Positions 35,458-45,402 of a stretch of DNA of 61,495 nucleotides are shown here, one piece after another. The stretch lies in the UHGV virus genome UHGV-0177730; one strand, given 5' to 3'. The notes under the pieces were generated by a model that saw only the letters and a list, made by a program, of their open reading frames with translations, was not told where the DNA came from and made no database searches. Every line of letters begins with the position of its first letter. The stretch's first letter is position 1. This DNA is from a virus. The translations under genes were made by a program, and so were the position numbers.

Positions 35458-36174
35458 ATGATGGAACAAGGCTCTCTTGCGGATCTCCTTACTCTTGCTA
35501 AGTCTGGCGACGGCAGTAAGCTCGCTGAAATGATGGCTATGAACGGCGGTGCTATGGGTGGTCAGCAGTGGATGTGGTGGATCCTGATTATCTTGTTTGC
35601 TTTCGGAGGATTCGGGAACGGTATGTTTGGTAATCGTGGTGGGGCTGCTATGCCCAATAGTGCTGCGACTTCTGACACGTTCCAGATTATGGATCGTCTG
35701 AATTCGCTTGGTAATGGGATGTGTGATACTACATTCTCTCTGAACAATAGTATTCGTGACGCACGCGATGCTGCTTCGAAGTGTTGCTGCGAAACTAATC
35801 TGAACATCGAACGTTCTACGAATGCTGCCCAGCGTGCCACTGACTCGCTGTCTCACCAGCTTTCCGATTGCTGCTGCCAGACGCAGCTCCGTATGCAGGA
35901 TCTTGCTACTGGTATTCGGGAACAGGCTACGGCCAATCAGTTCCAGAACCAGCAAGAATTCTGTGACATCAAGACCCGCATGGCAGCCAACCATTGTGAG
36001 ACGCTTGCTGCTATTCAGGCTAATCAGGCGGCGATCATTGGTTACATGACTCAGGAAAAGATCAGTGGGCTGGAACGTGAGAACGCTGCTCTTACGATGC
36101 AGTTGTCTCAGAACGCTCAGACTCGTGCTATCATTGATGCACTGTCTAAGACTACGACCACGCCTGCTGCCTAG
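35458..36174 (+). CDS. Membrane-anchored coiled-coil protein with Cys triplets (i-spanin-like candidate)
   Basis: One TM segment (WMWWILIILFAFGGF) followed by a long coiled-coil with CCC motifs. Last large plus-strand gene. Confidence 0.4.
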   Translation: MMEQGSLADLLTLAKSGDGSKLAEMMAMNGGAMGGQQWMWWILIILFAFGGFGNGMFGNRGGAAMPNSAATSDTFQIMDRLNSLGNGMCDTTFSLNNSIRDARDAASKCCCETNLNIERSTNAAQRATDSLSHQLSDCCCQTQLRMQDLATGIREQATANQFQNQQEFCDIKTRMAANHCETLAAIQANQAAIIGYMTQEKISGLERENAALTMQLSQNAQTRAIIDALSKTTTTPAA

Positions 36175-36236
36175 TAGTTAAAGCTTAGCTGATAGTTTGG
36201 GGGAGCTACGGTTCCCCCTTCTTATAAGGACTAAAC

Positions 36237-36467
36237 ATGGTTGGTGTTCCTTCGATTGAAGAACGTATTAAACAGGCTCAGCGTAATGCTGACGTGTACA
36301 AGCGCGAACTTGATAAGGCCATTCGTAATATCGATCGCTATCAAGGTTGCTTGAACAAAGAACTGTCTCGAGTAGGGGAGCTTACCCTGCTGAAAGACGT
36401 GCGGGACGGCAAGCTCCTCGTACTCGACCGTGAGAGTATGGAACCTGCCCGCATCGCATTCCTCTAA
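36237..36467 (+). CDS. Hypothetical protein
   Basis: 76-aa ORF. Confidence 0.35.
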   Translation: MVGVPSIEERIKQAQRNADVYKRELDKAIRNIDRYQGCLNKELSRVGELTLLKDVRDGKLLVLDRESMEPARIAFL

Positions 36468-36692
36468 AAGGAGGTATGTATGGCCTGTGGTGGTAAGAAA
36501 AAGAAGAAAAAGGGACGTTAGGACTTGACAACTTTTCGTTAGTGATTATCTTATAATCAAGAGCGACAGTTGCGTGGACTGGCTGTACTCTGGGAGTGTC
36601 CCCCACTGGTTGCATACACACGCAGAAACCCCTTGTCGGAAAGATCAAGAACGGCAGGGGGTTTTCTATTATCCATCCTGTAGATACAAAGA

Positions 36693-36734
36693 AACCCCCT
36701 AGGGGCCTTCGGGCTCTTAGGGGGTTTTTCTTTT
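36693..36734. terminator. Bidirectional rho-independent terminator between the two convergent gene blocks
   Basis: aaaccccctagg-ggccttcgggctc-ttagggggttt followed by ttttcttttg on plus. On minus the same hairpin is followed by tttctttgtat. A second weaker plus-strand hairpin lies at 36626-36664. Confidence 0.75.
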
Positions 36735-36736
36735 GC

Positions 36737-37204
36737 CTAATTTTTATCTTCGGGTATATCAGCAAGTAGCTGTTTTATTTCTTGCACACGTGAAACATTG
36801 ACACCGTTCTTGAGGGACATGATCTCAGCAAACTTCTTGAAACCAAAGGCAGACGACACACAGATACCAAATGCTATCTGGTACCAGTCAGGCATAGTAG
36901 CAAAAGTTTCAAACCCATGCGTCACCCAGTCTGCTGTCCACGGACACCAAGCAAGAATAAGTGGCATAGAGATAACTACTGTCCAGAACTCATCCTTCCA
37001 TCCAGAGTTGTCGAGGGAGTCTTTCTCCCACGCAATATCTCCCACCACTCCAGACTTGTAGAGGTCAATCTTAGCAGCAGCCTTAGCTTTAGCTACTTCG
37101 ATCTTACTCTGCAACTCTACCTCTTTAAGTTTTTGCTTACTCGTGAACCATCCCACAACACCGGAAACAAGTGCTTCAACAGGCTTGGCAATTAAGCTTA
37201 GCAT
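36737..37204 (-). CDS. Membrane protein at the end of the late operon (holin candidate)
   Basis: Two hydrophobic segments (FWTVVISMPLILAWCPW, YQIAFGICVSSAFGF). Last gene of the late operon. Confidence 0.4.
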   Translation of the reverse strand: MLSLIAKPVEALVSGVVGWFTSKQKLKEVELQSKIEVAKAKAAAKIDLYKSGVVGDIAWEKDSLDNSGWKDEFWTVVISMPLILAWCPWTADWVTHGFETFATMPDWYQIAFGICVSSAFGFKKFAEIMSLKNGVNVSRVQEIKQLLADIPEDKN

Positions 37205-37206
37205 AG

Positions 37207-40200
37207 TTAATCCCTATAGTCAAGACCTGACTGTTTAGCTACACGAGTAAGTTCCTTCATCAAAAATTCCTTGCGCTTCTGCAGCCTTTCCTTTTCTTCG
37301 TAGTACTTAGCACCTGTAGACTTGTTGTTCTTTTCATTCAACTTCTCAAGCTTACGTACACTATTCAAACGAGCGTTGATAGAATCATACCTACCCTTGA
37401 GTTGCTGAATAGTTCTGTTCTTATTTCTAATCGCAGTACGCTCGTCAGGAGAAAGAGTTGTATCTTTTTGTGCAAGATCAAGTTCGTTCAAACCAACTTG
37501 AATCTTGTTTCGAACCTTACTGTACTCGTTAAGGGTATCACCATAACCAACCTTACCAAAGAAAGAACTGGCAAGAGGTACGTTCTTCAGCTCAACAGGA
37601 GCACCAGTTACAGGAGAAACTACTATGTCAAGAGCTTGAGTGATGAGTCTACCAAGACCACCCATGTATGATTCAGTAAGATGCTGGATGGTTTCAGGAG
37701 ATACATCAATCCAACCCTTCTCAACCTTAGACCCAAACGTCCAAGAGTTCAGTGTCTCTGCTACAACACGACACCACATAGGATTAGTACCCCAGTACTT
37801 CTGACTGTTAGGCACTTCACCCTTAAAGCTGTGTGTGCTGTCAGGCATAAGAGCATAACCAAAGCTGTTCTGGTTGGCTACTACTTCACCGATAGGACGG
37901 AAGATAGTAGGCAAGAAGTTCAACAAAGAAGCTCCGCCAACAGGGTTGAAGTTATCAAAGGAAGCACCAAAGATTTTAGCAGCAGCAGATGAAGGCTTAG
38001 TGCGTCCGCTGATTACACCCTCTATTGCATTCGAAGCTACCCAGAAGATGTTGTAACCGTAAGGCAAGGGGATCTTTACGTAACCACCATCACCAAAGGG
38101 TGCGGGTATGATAAGGTTACTGTCCTTGATGTAGTCAGGAATCTTATCGTACTTGCTTACACCGTCATCATCATCACCCATAAGCCATCTGCACAACAGA
38201 GCATGAGGAATACCACAAGCTATTGAGTAAGCCATGTAAGCAGCAGTTCTCTTTGCGTTGTTAGCAAAGCTGTCTCCACGTCTCCAGAGGTTACGCAGAA
38301 TACGCACGTTACCACCGATGTTAGCGGAGGAGAATGCCCACAGACTGTTGAAGAACGGAGCCCACGAACCCTTACGAGTAAAGTTAACTGTGATCTCCAG
38401 AGCTTCGTTAGCTGCACGCTGGTGTGCAGTTTCCATCATCTCTTGCATCTGTTGAGCAGACCAACCATTACGCTTAGCTTCCTGAGCAATATGGTTGTCA
38501 AACTCCTGTGTCAGAGCAACAAACACAGAGAACCGAGTAGCGTTTTCAGACACATCAGAAACAGTGTCCAGATACTTAAGGGCCTTGTCAAGAGTCTCCT
38601 TAAACTTACCTTTCTGCTTAGACAGCTCACGTACATCCTTGTACATAGTCTTGTAGTCGTTGGCGAGGAACATACGAGTATGTCCACCAGACTCTTTAAA
38701 GTTCTTGTACATCTCCCTAAGGTACGCTGCATCCTTGCCACCGTATTCCTTACCGTTCAGTTCTGCCCAGAGGAATTTGACCATGCGGAGAGAAGTAGCA
38801 TCCTTAATGATACGCTGACGAATGTTGTTCTCCTTGCCGAGCAAGTTGTTTGCCTGTGCTTCAGATATTACATTGCCTACGTTAAGGATAGCAGTCTGAA
38901 TATCTCGAGGATAGTTCTTGATAGCAAACACAGGATTGTACGTAGTATACAAAGCAGCGAACTTCTGTGTTAGCTTACGAATGTTGTTAATGATTGCGCC
39001 TGTTTCAAGGTTGTTCTCGTTGCGCAAAGCAGCAGCAAGAGCAGCGTCCTTGATAGCAATACGAACACGGTTACCCTTGTCATCAATTACGTTGATGAAC
39101 TTGTAGTCTTTACCTTCAAGACTATGTGACTTTCTCACATAGTAAAGAGTACCGTCTCCCTTCTCAGACATACGGAAATATGGCTGTCCCTTCTCATTCT
39201 TATCCGTAGCGATTTCCCACAGCTCTTCATTAGGAGCTTCTCGAACGAGGTTGAGCAGGCGACGAGACACATCGTTCTTCTCCCCGATGTTGATAGTGTC
39301 CATGATCTGCAACATCAGATGTGTAGAAGGACTTTCTGCAAGACCTTCCCGCCCCTTCGCTTTCTTCAACAACTCCCGACCACCCATAGAAATACCAGCC
39401 TTAGATCTCTTATGTGCATAGTCAGGGTCAAGATCGTCAACGAACTCTTCCCAGTTCTTCAACGGGACGTAGTGCTTATAGGTAGCACGCAGCTTATCAG
39501 TAAGAGTCTTAGGTACAATGCGATACTTATCCAGCAAGTCCAGATGGTATCTACCAAGCTGGTCAAACTGCGCAGCAATCTCATTCATACCCGGCACATC
39601 AGAGTACTTGTCAATGATAGCCTGTGCCTGCTGGTCAGTAAGACCAGAAGGAGACTCTAGTTTATTCTTACCACGATACCGTCTGTTGACTTCAGCGTTA
39701 CGTTCCAATGCATGTCGAGCCAGAAGGAACTCATCAAGAGCAGACCAAATAGCATTCACTCTGTCCTGCTCAGTAACCTTACGACCAGCCTTACGCAGAT
39801 CGTCAAGAGCTTCCTTCACAGCAGGAATGTCAAGCTTACCGATCTTTTCACAAAGCGGAGCAAACCGCTGGTTCATGATGTCAGTGCGCTGTTCGTTAAT
39901 TCTGTTCACCATACCGGTCAAATGACGGTAGATGTTCGTAGCAGGCGTGATGACATTCTTACCAATCGTGTCCTTGATGTACCTTTGCACAACCTGAACA
40001 CGACGATACTTGTCGTACATGCCGTCTACGAATCTTTCAAATCCAGTATGTGAAACGAGCTTACCGTCCAAGCCTACAGACTTACCAGTGTTTCTTATCC
40101 GAGCAATAAGACCATTCCAAGACTGCTGTCTCATCTGTGCACGCTTCCACTCTTCAAGATAAAGAGGAGGCATGTCACTGTAAGTAGTATCTTCATCTAC

Positions 40201-43200
40201 CATGAAGCGGACTTCAGGAGAACTGTATGCAGGTGCAGTATGACTGATGTCGTCACCTTCAAACAAACAATAGCTCTGGGAGTTGTTGTAGCTAAAGGTA
40301 GTACCAGCCACACCCAAGTCTCTCAGCATACTGGAGATTTGCTTAGTGTCATTAGACCGAGACGCAAGATATTCGTACACATCCTGACCAGTCACACGTT
40401 CAAGGTAACCCTTATTCTTCATAAACTGAGTAAGTTCATTCTTGTCAAGGAAGACACCGATGTCCTTACCCAAGAACTGAATATGCATACCATCCTGTGC
40501 AGGAATCTGCTGAGGAGGCATCTGCTTGAACAAACGGTTAAGATGTTCTGCAACATATCTTTGTTCAGACAGAGGACGTTCCCAGTTCATGAACTGCTCA
40601 AAGGTAGGAGCATAGTTCTTGTAGACCTGTCCGGGAAGGCCAGACTGCTTGTTGTTGAATCTTCTGAAGTAGTCAGCAAGCTTCGTAGGATGAGAGAAGT
40701 AAGTTCCCCAACCATATGGAGCAGAGAAAGCTTCTGGGCCTACAAGATCAACACGTTCGTACTGAGGAGCAACGTTATCCATAGCTGAGCTCATGTACGT
40801 AGCACGACCCCAGATAGTGTAGTTAGAAGAAACACCTTGAGGTTTGTTGCTAGCGAGGTTCTGTGCAGAAGCAGCAAGGACATCCTTGATGTCGGCTTCA
40901 GTAACATAACCGTCTACACCAAACAACTTCTGATACAGCTTACGAATAAACTTGTACAGGTCACTAATGACAGGGAGCCGTTCAAGCAAAGACTTAGGAG
41001 ACTCACGTTCAGCTAGCCAAGCAATGAACTCTTCTGTACGAACGAGGTCATTAGCGTTCTCATATGCAGGACGCTGACGTTCAAACTCTCTCCACAGAGG
41101 AGTACCATAAGCATCACGGTAGACAGCAGCCATGAACCCAGTAAACTGACGAGGAGTCATGATAGCACGCAGACCGTAATGAGCAACGCCTTCATGCATA
41201 AGCAGCCGTACTGCCTGTGCCTTAGACTTTACTCGGTCAGCGAACACGTAGATCTTCCCGTCACAGTACATAGCCTGCGGAATACCTCGCGTCTTGCTGG
41301 GATTAAAGGAAAGGTTAACCAAAGCATCATGTACAGCAGTAGGCACATTACTGTCAGTGACAGAAGAACAAATAGACACAACATCCTTCAAACCGGGAAG
41401 CTGAGCCAACGTATTCTTCATCCAGTCGTACACTTGTTGAGTAGCTTCAGAAGCAAGTTGGAAGTCTACTTCCTTTTCCTGCTGAGTGTATCGTTCAAAG
41501 GATTGGCGCTGTACTTCAATGTCATTACGAATCTGCTTAGACCGCTGCTCTTGCTTGTACATACGCTTGAGCTGTTCAGCTTCAAGGTCACGACGAGCTT
41601 GAGAAGTCTCCTGAGGAATAGCCTGACGCGTAGAGATGTTGCCATCCAGAGCATTGTCATAGCTAGCCTTATCCTGAGCTACCTTAAGCTGCGCCTGATA
41701 AGCAGGAGAAGCTTCATATGCACGTTGCTGTTGTTCAGCAATCATGTTACGCATGTACTGGTCAGCAGCAACCCTGTCACGACCAATCTGATTGTTCAAA
41801 GCAGCAGCTTGCTCAAGAGCAATGTTCTGCTGAAGAGCACCGTACTTCTGTGAGAAAGCATCAGCACTAGGCAAAGCAGCCTGTTGATTAGAGGAGCCCA
41901 TCTGTGAGGCTTGCCAGTCAGCAAAGTCTGCATCCCACGTATAGTTGGGATCGTTAGTCAGCTTAGCTGTGCTGCGCAGAGCACGTGCGTCCTTAAGCAG
42001 AGCATCAATACGGTCTTGAGTTTCCTTGTCTGCAAGGTCCTTCAGTTGCTTACGCAAGTCAAGTTCAAAAGGAACAGCAGGATCAAGTCTGTCTGCCTTG
42101 GCAAACAAGGCATCCATGTTCGTCTGAACTTCAGTCAAGTCCTGAGCACGTGCAGTAGAACGAGCAAAGTTAACAGCAGACTTTCTAACGTCTGCCTTCA
42201 TTCTGTTCATCTGTGCAAGGTCTTTGTCAATACGAGCAAGCTCACTTGTAACAAACTCATACTGACGTTCATTGTACGGAATAGCATTCTGCTGCAGGAG
42301 TTCAAGGTATACATTGTATTCAGCTCTACGTGCGTGCAGCTTAGACATATGCTCGTCAGCACGATTAAGCTTACGCTGTACGTACTGCTGAGTATCTTGA
42401 ATGCTGTTTATAATCTCAGTATACTTGACCGGGTCTTTCTTAAACAAAGCTTCCTGATACCTACGGTCATCAACAATCTGTTCAGCCGTAAGGTTGGTAT
42501 CATAGCCAAGCTTCTTAAAACGTTCTGTTACAGTTTCGCGGAAAGCCTTACGAGCCTTCTTATCAGACTCAGAAAGATCCTTCTCAAACTGTTGCTTACG
42601 TTGCTTAATGTCTTCACGCTGGGCCTGTGCAAGCCGGGCAAGCTGAGCAGTATACTTCTGCTGCGCACGTTCAAGCTTCTTGATGTACGCATCCTTTGCT
42701 TCTTGCGTAGCAAGCAGAGCATACTTAGGAGACGTACCTGCACGAGCAGTAGTCAGCTCATCCTTTGTCCTACGCAAAGCGTTGACAATAGGATTACGAG
42801 CACGAGCAAAAGATTCTTCAGAAGCAGCTACAGCTTTCTGTGCTTCTACACGAATAGCATCACGCATGATGCCTTCACCCTTAGAGATCTGAGTGAAGGG
42901 GTCAATCTTAGTCAGCTCTTCCTCAAACTTAGCTTGAAGTTCAAGAGGCGTCTGGTCTGGATTGACATACGGAATGTCTGTTTTAGGTGAATGCTTGAGC
43001 ATGTCAACCATAACACCAGCTCCACCAGAGGCAGAACCAACAAGAGCACCAGCAATACCAGCTTCCATCATACGGTCGAAGTCATCAGCAGTAAGCTGAG
43101 CACGCCCGTCCTGAATCATGCTATTTACTGCACCCAACCATTCCTGTGTGTATTCTTCTGCACCTTCACCAAGCATGGCCTTGGGCAGAGACAATGCAGA

Positions 43201-44187
43201 AGCCTTAAGCTTTTCCTTGAAGGTACGTTCAACAGCATCGGGTACTTTAACACCAGTCATCTTACGAAGCAGCTGACTTTCACCACCGAGCAGTGTAACA
43301 GCAGACTGCAAGATACCAGTGCCAATATCCATACCGGGGTTAGAAGTAAGCAGTCCTCCCTCAGCATAGTTACCAGAGTAGTTCTCACCAGTGTTTAGTA
43401 CAAACTCAGGAGCCATTGCACCAAGCTGAGCACCAACAGTAGTAGTCACAGCTTTAGTAGCAAGAGCGCGGGCCTCAGCTTCAGCAACACCAGAAGCTAC
43501 AAGCTGAGCAGTCTTCCCTTTGATAGCACCAGACAAAGCACCAGCAAGTACCTTCTTACCAGCAGCAGCACCTACGCCACCACTAAATAAAGACATACCT
43601 ACATTCAAGGTCTGTTCACCAAGAAGACCAGCAAAATAATCACCAAACTTCTGTATGCTGTCTATGTCTTTGTAAGATTCAACAGCAGCCTTCAGTTCAG
43701 GAGCTTGTGCTTCTTCTTGCTTCTGTTGTGCGTAGAACATCAAGTCACCAGCAGTCTGCTCGTGACCCATGAGGTCGGCAAGAGCAGCACCACCAGCAGC
43801 AACAAGAGCTTGTGTCTGAGGAATAGAACGAAGAACACCCTTTACATATTCACCATGCTCCGGCTTCGGTTCTTGATACTCAAACGGTTGAGAGTAACCA
43901 CCATAAGCAGGCATCTCCTGCTCAAAGGAAGAGAACGTAGGCTGAGCACTTACGGCAGGAGTTGCCCTTCTCGGTGCACCACTACCTACAGGAACACTAG
44001 TCGTAAACTGCTGACGTGGGTACGCAGCCTGCTGAGCAAGAACGTCTTGCAATGGCCCTTGCTCAGTAAGACCGGGAACCATCACAACACTATAAGGCTG
44101 TACACCAGAAGAGACGGGTGCAGCCTGTGCAGCAGCATACGCTTGTGCTGCAGAAATATCCGTATTCAAAACACCATCCAGTGCCAT
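37207..44187 (-). CDS. Giant 2326-aa virion-associated protein (candidate ejected / polyvalent internal protein)
   Basis: Uninterrupted 6981-nt ORF. Gly/Ala-rich N-terminus, long coiled-coil segments, HEGVAH motif near residue 998, large C-terminal region. Sits with other internal-protein-like genes. Confidence 0.75.
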   Translation of the reverse strand: MALDGVLNTDISAAQAYAAAQAAPVSSGVQPYSVVMVPGLTEQGPLQDVLAQQAAYPRQQFTTSVPVGSGAPRRATPAVSAQPTFSSFEQEMPAYGGYSQPFEYQEPKPEHGEYVKGVLRSIPQTQALVAAGGAALADLMGHEQTAGDLMFYAQQKQEEAQAPELKAAVESYKDIDSIQKFGDYFAGLLGEQTLNVGMSLFSGGVGAAAGKKVLAGALSGAIKGKTAQLVASGVAEAEARALATKAVTTTVGAQLGAMAPEFVLNTGENYSGNYAEGGLLTSNPGMDIGTGILQSAVTLLGGESQLLRKMTGVKVPDAVERTFKEKLKASALSLPKAMLGEGAEEYTQEWLGAVNSMIQDGRAQLTADDFDRMMEAGIAGALVGSASGGAGVMVDMLKHSPKTDIPYVNPDQTPLELQAKFEEELTKIDPFTQISKGEGIMRDAIRVEAQKAVAASEESFARARNPIVNALRRTKDELTTARAGTSPKYALLATQEAKDAYIKKLERAQQKYTAQLARLAQAQREDIKQRKQQFEKDLSESDKKARKAFRETVTERFKKLGYDTNLTAEQIVDDRRYQEALFKKDPVKYTEIINSIQDTQQYVQRKLNRADEHMSKLHARRAEYNVYLELLQQNAIPYNERQYEFVTSELARIDKDLAQMNRMKADVRKSAVNFARSTARAQDLTEVQTNMDALFAKADRLDPAVPFELDLRKQLKDLADKETQDRIDALLKDARALRSTAKLTNDPNYTWDADFADWQASQMGSSNQQAALPSADAFSQKYGALQQNIALEQAAALNNQIGRDRVAADQYMRNMIAEQQQRAYEASPAYQAQLKVAQDKASYDNALDGNISTRQAIPQETSQARRDLEAEQLKRMYKQEQRSKQIRNDIEVQRQSFERYTQQEKEVDFQLASEATQQVYDWMKNTLAQLPGLKDVVSICSSVTDSNVPTAVHDALVNLSFNPSKTRGIPQAMYCDGKIYVFADRVKSKAQAVRLLMHEGVAHYGLRAIMTPRQFTGFMAAVYRDAYGTPLWREFERQRPAYENANDLVRTEEFIAWLAERESPKSLLERLPVISDLYKFIRKLYQKLFGVDGYVTEADIKDVLAASAQNLASNKPQGVSSNYTIWGRATYMSSAMDNVAPQYERVDLVGPEAFSAPYGWGTYFSHPTKLADYFRRFNNKQSGLPGQVYKNYAPTFEQFMNWERPLSEQRYVAEHLNRLFKQMPPQQIPAQDGMHIQFLGKDIGVFLDKNELTQFMKNKGYLERVTGQDVYEYLASRSNDTKQISSMLRDLGVAGTTFSYNNSQSYCLFEGDDISHTAPAYSSPEVRFMVDEDTTYSDMPPLYLEEWKRAQMRQQSWNGLIARIRNTGKSVGLDGKLVSHTGFERFVDGMYDKYRRVQVVQRYIKDTIGKNVITPATNIYRHLTGMVNRINEQRTDIMNQRFAPLCEKIGKLDIPAVKEALDDLRKAGRKVTEQDRVNAIWSALDEFLLARHALERNAEVNRRYRGKNKLESPSGLTDQQAQAIIDKYSDVPGMNEIAAQFDQLGRYHLDLLDKYRIVPKTLTDKLRATYKHYVPLKNWEEFVDDLDPDYAHKRSKAGISMGGRELLKKAKGREGLAESPSTHLMLQIMDTINIGEKNDVSRRLLNLVREAPNEELWEIATDKNEKGQPYFRMSEKGDGTLYYVRKSHSLEGKDYKFINVIDDKGNRVRIAIKDAALAAALRNENNLETGAIINNIRKLTQKFAALYTTYNPVFAIKNYPRDIQTAILNVGNVISEAQANNLLGKENNIRQRIIKDATSLRMVKFLWAELNGKEYGGKDAAYLREMYKNFKESGGHTRMFLANDYKTMYKDVRELSKQKGKFKETLDKALKYLDTVSDVSENATRFSVFVALTQEFDNHIAQEAKRNGWSAQQMQEMMETAHQRAANEALEITVNFTRKGSWAPFFNSLWAFSSANIGGNVRILRNLWRRGDSFANNAKRTAAYMAYSIACGIPHALLCRWLMGDDDDGVSKYDKIPDYIKDSNLIIPAPFGDGGYVKIPLPYGYNIFWVASNAIEGVISGRTKPSSAAAKIFGASFDNFNPVGGASLLNFLPTIFRPIGEVVANQNSFGYALMPDSTHSFKGEVPNSQKYWGTNPMWCRVVAETLNSWTFGSKVEKGWIDVSPETIQHLTESYMGGLGRLITQALDIVVSPVTGAPVELKNVPLASSFFGKVGYGDTLNEYSKVRNKIQVGLNELDLAQKDTTLSPDERTAIRNKNRTIQQLKGRYDSINARLNSVRKLEKLNEKNNKSTGAKYYEEKERLQKRKEFLMKELTRVAKQSGLDYRD

Positions 44188-44240
44188 AACTAGAATACCT
44201 TTCTTTGGCCCATATTTCGATTCTGAGGGCCTTTAATTAG

Positions 44241-45392
44241 TTAACGTATAAAACCATAAGCACGAGCTCGTTCAAGAGCTCTAGCCTGCCTTGCAGCTTC
44301 AGCAGCAGCTACATCCTGTGCCTGCTTGTCAAGGGATTGTTGAACAGCGCCAAGCTGCTGGCCACCAAAATTGAAACCAAAGTTATTGTAAGGATTACTC
44401 TGAACACCAGAGAGACCAGTATTGAACGTAAGAACAGGAACACCAGCAGGCATACCCAAAGCTTGATCAAACAGACCTTGCGTGTTCTGTGCAGTAGGGG
44501 AGTTACCATACACCACTTGTTCATTGAACACATAAGGAATCGTAGCACGAGGGCCAAGATTACCTTGAAGAGAAGTCATACCCGTGTACGTATTCAGAGC
44601 AGCAACTTCTTGTTCAGGAGTCATCTGAGGCAGGATAAGATTATTCGTAGCAGAGTCAATTGTAGGAGCCTTACCAGTAGCAACGCTTACAGCCTGAGCC
44701 CACTTAGATCTATCAAGCTTCTCAATGTTCTCCATCTGAGCAGTACGCAGACGAGTGTCAGCTTCAAGCTCAGCTTTGTACCTATCAACACCAGCTTTAA
44801 TACCAGTAGCCCCAAGAGTAGCATTAGCTCCTATAGAGGCAGCCCCAAGCTGTGCATTAGCTTTAATGCCTTCAACATCAACAGCCTTCTTGTAGTCGAA
44901 ACCCTTCTCTTCACGCATCTTAGTCATTTCATAAGCGCGCTGTTGAGCAGTCTGCTGAGCTGCGACGTTAGCTGCATAGGTCTGATCAATTGTGTTACCA
45001 AGCTGCATCAACTTAGCAACACCGTCCATACCCATAAGGGGCTGCTGTCTGCCTACTTCCTTACCATCCTTGTCTATAAGGACAACTTCTTTCGTATCAG
45101 GGTCTACAGTAACCTTGCCGTCAAAGTTACGGTATATGGTGTCTCTCAGTACGTTAGCAGTACCAGTAGGGTCACCGATAAGGATACGTTCACGGTTGTC
45201 CAGAATAGACTTCTTAGCAGCCCGTGCCTGTTCATTAGCCTGATTCAAGTACTCAACAGCAGCTTCTTGTTCCTTAAGCTGTGCATCAAAGAGTTTTCTG
45301 CCCGCCTTATGACGATACAGGTCTTCGTCTTGACTCATCAGCTGATTAGCCAGCATACCACCTTGAATAATACCAAGGCCAATAGATGCCAT
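44241..45392 (-). CDS. Internal virion protein candidate (Q/A-rich, coiled-coil)
   Basis: 383-aa ORF in the structural block. Confidence 0.5.
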   Translation of the reverse strand: MASIGLGIIQGGMLANQLMSQDEDLYRHKAGRKLFDAQLKEQEAAVEYLNQANEQARAAKKSILDNRERILIGDPTGTANVLRDTIYRNFDGKVTVDPDTKEVVLIDKDGKEVGRQQPLMGMDGVAKLMQLGNTIDQTYAANVAAQQTAQQRAYEMTKMREEKGFDYKKAVDVEGIKANAQLGAASIGANATLGATGIKAGVDRYKAELEADTRLRTAQMENIEKLDRSKWAQAVSVATGKAPTIDSATNNLILPQMTPEQEVAALNTYTGMTSLQGNLGPRATIPYVFNEQVVYGNSPTAQNTQGLFDQALGMPAGVPVLTFNTGLSGVQSNPYNNFGFNFGGQQLGAVQQSLDKQAQDVAAAEAARQARALERARAYGFIR

Positions 45393-45402
45393 ACAAGCCC
45401 CC

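Noticed and set aside
38258-43398. Multiple plus-strand ORFs (for example 38422..38973, 40240..40788, 41179..41853, 41911..42990, 42991..43398) inside the giant gene
   Set aside because: They are antisense to an uninterrupted 2326-codon ORF. They are Leu/Ser/Arg-rich with no starts backed by RBSs.
37207-44187. Virion RNA polymerase (N4-like or crAss-like) inside the giant protein
   Set aside because: I scanned for T7/N4-type motifs A/B/C (VHDA and YRDAYG are present but in the wrong order, and the motif-B lysine is absent). I also scanned for a DxDGD two-barrel motif (only GDDDDG is present). No convincing match.
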